The notes under the pieces are model-generated. The model did not search any database. It was not told where the DNA came from and was given only the letters and a program-made list of their open reading frames with translations. The translations under genes and the position numbers were made by a program. Of a stretch of 64,000 nt of DNA, positions 62,701-64,000 are shown piece after piece (position 1 is the stretch's first letter; each line of letters begins with the position of its first letter). This DNA comes from Tubiluchus corallicola (lineage: Eukaryota > Animalia > Priapulida), in the NCBI GenBank assembly GCA_030141605.1, contig JAQGDQ010000509.1, forward strand, positions 95,511 through 159,510, in the 5' to 3' direction.

Positions 62701-63954
62701 AGAGGCATTAATTCGTCTGCAGGATAGGCATGGTCCTACAAAACACAGTAATATTATTTAGTTAAAGCTAATAAAGTTAATCTACATTAATTTTCGAACT
62801 AGAAACCCCAACCTTCGCAGCATTTTAGTAAATGGATGAATGTACAAATTAATAACTGCGACTAATGTAGTAAGCTGGTATGACTTCTACAACACAGCAT
62901 TTCCAAATAGAGCCATTAAGTTAAATCTACATGATCAAGTTTTTCACGCCGTTTTTGTCAGGTCAAGCTCTATATGTCACATAATGTATAGACAGGCAAC
63001 TTGCTATTATTGCAGGAATTGTATTGGCAAATTTTTCTGAGTAAACTTACTGTAGAATTATGCAAAAGCGATAATATGGCAGAAAATTGCAAAAGTTTGT
63101 GCCTCGCTTATTACACACAAAAGGAATAAAAAATAAAATTACCTTATAGTAATAATGCATAACAGTAGCAGAATGACCCAGGATGACTAGTACACATTAT
63201 ACTGATTTTTAAGCTCTGCGTAGCAATACAAAATTATGTAGGACTATTACTGTGGCTATCACAAAAAAGGTTAGTGTTATGTTTGCCTAATTCAATACTT
63301 ACTGCAGGCAATACACTTTAATGATTAATGTGAAAGGTTATTGTTGTTAAAATAATGCATTTTAATAGGTTGTGTAAGACAGCCAAATACTGCAAAGTAG
63401 ACACATCATTTGCCTACTCACACACACAAGATATTACATAGGTTACTCAAGCATTATGTTTTAAAATATAAAAACATGTGACCAATGGCCTAAAACTATG
63501 CAAAGGAAACCATCAAAATAAGTTGCAAGTTCATCCAAAAAAAGATCACACAGCTTGTAAGACACAAAATGTTTGTAATTTGCACATATAATTTGTGATG
63601 TGGAAAACTTTATCATATTTTCCAATCTACACAGGTATTCTGTTTGTGACTGTGTGGGAATTGACGCAAAAAGTTTGCACACGTAGATCTGTCTTTACAG
63701 TACGTGTCGCATCTTATTTCTACATTTATGCAATTTTTTTTCCGTTTCATTTGTAATTTCAAAACTGCTGACTTAGTAGGCCCACGTGCACAGAAAACAA
63801 CAGTTAACAGCATGATACAAACTGTAAGAAATATTTTGGCAGAAGTTTGGTTTGCTTAAATACATATAAGGACATGCTTTAAAAAAATTTATATTTGAAA
63901 AATATTACCATATAAGATTTATAAGCATGGTTGAACATCTCTAACGTTCTTTCC
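33825..63954 (-). CDS. EDEM3: ER degradation-enhancing alpha-mannosidase-like protein 3 (GH47 + PA domain + KDEL); 19 exons in window, first exon beyond right edge
   Basis: [46 protein letters not shown] domain, C-terminal KDEL*; 3157 nt of exons all GT-AG and in phase. Confidence 0.95.
34745..34922. repeat. Degenerate (CACAC/CACCA)n microsatellite
   Basis: Direct inspection; source of several spurious ORFs. Confidence 0.9.
35235..35766. mobile_element. GC-richer non-autonomous repeat, copy 1, ending in (TA)n (Helentron/DINE-1-like?)
   Basis: Collinear with 35983-36430; family assignment is inference only. Confidence 0.55.
35983..36430. mobile_element. GC-richer non-autonomous repeat, diverged copy 2
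   Basis: Shares ATGGAAC, TCCCACCAG.TGCCGCTAGGA, GTTACGGGATGCC, TTGAAAAATAA and TACAGATCGCCG blocks with copy 1. Confidence 0.55.
39756..39889 (-). CDS. EDEM3: EDEM3 exon (post-PA tail)
   Basis: [44 protein letters not shown]; phases 1/0 fit neighbours. Confidence 0.8.
40356..40538 (-). CDS. EDEM3: EDEM3 exon (PA domain end)
   Basis: [31 protein letters not shown]... Confidence 0.95.
41306..42370. mobile_element. Fold-back DNA element with ~250-bp inverted arms
   Basis: 41306-41580 is the imperfect reverse complement of ~42135-42370 (e.g. CTAAGTCACGTGACAGGGGCTA / TAGCCCCTGTCACGTGACTTAG). Confidence 0.8.
43061..43226 (-). CDS. EDEM3: EDEM3 exon (PA domain)
   Basis: [14 protein letters not shown]...[25 protein letters not shown]. 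Confidence 0.95.
45046..45464. mobile_element. MITE with internal 41-bp hairpin
   Basis: TIRs CAGTATTAGAAATTACCAC / GTGGTAATTTCTAACCCTG; internal inverted arms 45257-45297 / 45330-45370; no TSD seen. Confidence 0.65.
45937..46128 (-). CDS. EDEM3: EDEM3 exon
   Basis: [21 protein letters not shown]...LTAGPAQFG. Confidence 0.95.
48053..48182 (-). CDS. EDEM3: EDEM3 exon
   Basis: [25 protein letters not shown]...[12 protein letters not shown]. Confidence 0.95.
48795..48988 (-). CDS. EDEM3: EDEM3 exon
   Basis: PGEYDT...RTCPNT...[14 protein letters not shown]. Confidence 0.9.
49196..49358 (-). CDS. EDEM3: EDEM3 exon (GH47 end)
   Basis: [17 protein letters not shown]...[10 protein letters not shown]. 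Confidence 0.95.
49891..49928. repeat. (CAGG)/(CAGA)n microsatellite
   Basis: Direct inspection. Confidence 0.85.
50344..50468 (-). CDS. EDEM3: EDEM3 exon (GH47)
   Basis: [11 protein letters not shown]...[20 protein letters not shown]. Confidence 0.95.
51137..51304 (-). CDS. EDEM3: EDEM3 exon (GH47)
   Basis: [16 protein letters not shown]...[16 protein letters not shown]. Confidence 0.95.
52605..54051 (+). CDS. NAT16/histidine N-acetyltransferase-like GNAT protein, 326 aa, 3 exons (52605-52787, 53153-53380, 53482-54051), nested antisense in an EDEM3 intron
   Basis: Two phase-0 GT-AG introns join three ORFs in frame; [47 protein letters not shown] and YKVDIY...VAHLL resemble the NAT16/HISAT family (recognised from memory, not searched). 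Confidence 0.75.
54323..54730. mobile_element. PIF/Harbinger-like MITE
   Basis: TIRs AGCTCATTTTGACTAGCGTTTTTCT / AGAAAATCGCTAGTCAGAATAGGCC, TTAA on the right flank; TSD imperfect. Confidence 0.6.
54766..54891 (-). CDS. EDEM3: EDEM3 exon (GH47)
   Basis: [23 protein letters not shown]...LLAFWPGLQ. Confidence 0.95.
56349..56480. repeat. Tandem repeat, 51-bp unit x~2.4
   Basis: TTGTATATTAACTGTATT recurs three times at 51-bp spacing. Confidence 0.9.
57073..57170 (-). CDS. EDEM3: EDEM3 exon (GH47)
   Basis: [32 protein letters not shown]. Confidence 0.95.
57364..57486 (-). CDS. EDEM3: EDEM3 exon (GH47)
   Basis: [19 protein letters not shown]...[10 protein letters not shown]. Confidence 0.95.
58187..58501. 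repeat. Tandem duplication, 158-bp unit x2
   Basis: GAAGTGGCTAGATGA at 58187 and 58345, similar throughout. Confidence 0.9.
58969..59077 (-). CDS. EDEM3: EDEM3 exon (GH47)
   Basis: INLKTG...[21 protein letters not shown]. Confidence 0.95.
60781..60934 (-). CDS. EDEM3: EDEM3 exon (GH47)
   Basis: GLIGGH...[15 protein letters not shown]. Confidence 0.95.
61412..61524 (-). CDS. EDEM3: EDEM3 exon (GH47, catalytic Glu)
   Basis: [12 protein letters not shown]...[11 protein letters not shown]. Confidence 0.95.
62337..62376 (-). CDS. EDEM3: EDEM3 40-nt exon
   Basis: [13 protein letters not shown]. Confidence 0.9.
62635..62735 (-). CDS. EDEM3: EDEM3 exon
   Basis: [33 protein letters not shown]. 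Confidence 0.95.
63909..63954 (-). CDS. EDEM3: EDEM3 exon (start of GH47)
   Basis: [15 protein letters not shown]; AG acceptor and GTAAT donor. Confidence 0.9.
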
Positions 63955-64000
63955 CTATAAACAGAGGATAGAAATTTAGTACTCTAATGAAATAACTTAA

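Overview
AT-rich, intron-rich metazoan (invertebrate-like) genomic DNA; no prokaryotic features, rRNA, tRNA or CRISPR found. Minus strand, left to right: the first coding exon of an unknown gene running off the left edge (292-368); a CR1/L2-group LINE (5'-truncated SGNH-esterase ORF1, intact APE-RT ORF2 with a non-canonical 2A-like NPGP motif; ~3527-8155); a 19-exon integrin beta gene (8820-24482, ~790 aa, start codon unresolved); a C2H2 zinc-finger gene (28323-29315); and EDEM3 (19 exons in window, 33825-63954, first exon off the right edge) with a long KDEL-terminated tail. A 3-exon NAT16/HISAT-like GNAT gene is nested antisense in an EDEM3 intron (52605-54051). Introns carry hAT-, Tc1/mariner- and Harbinger-like MITEs, a fold-back element, a decayed LINE and tandem repeats. 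Best leads: a candidate structured ncRNA at ~1811-2089, the variant 2A site plus Cys-rich leader in LINE ORF2, an apparent GTG-initiated integrin signal peptide, and the nested GNAT with a degenerate acetyl-CoA loop. Exon boundaries were read by hand (GT/AG and phase checked); no database searches or folding programs were run.
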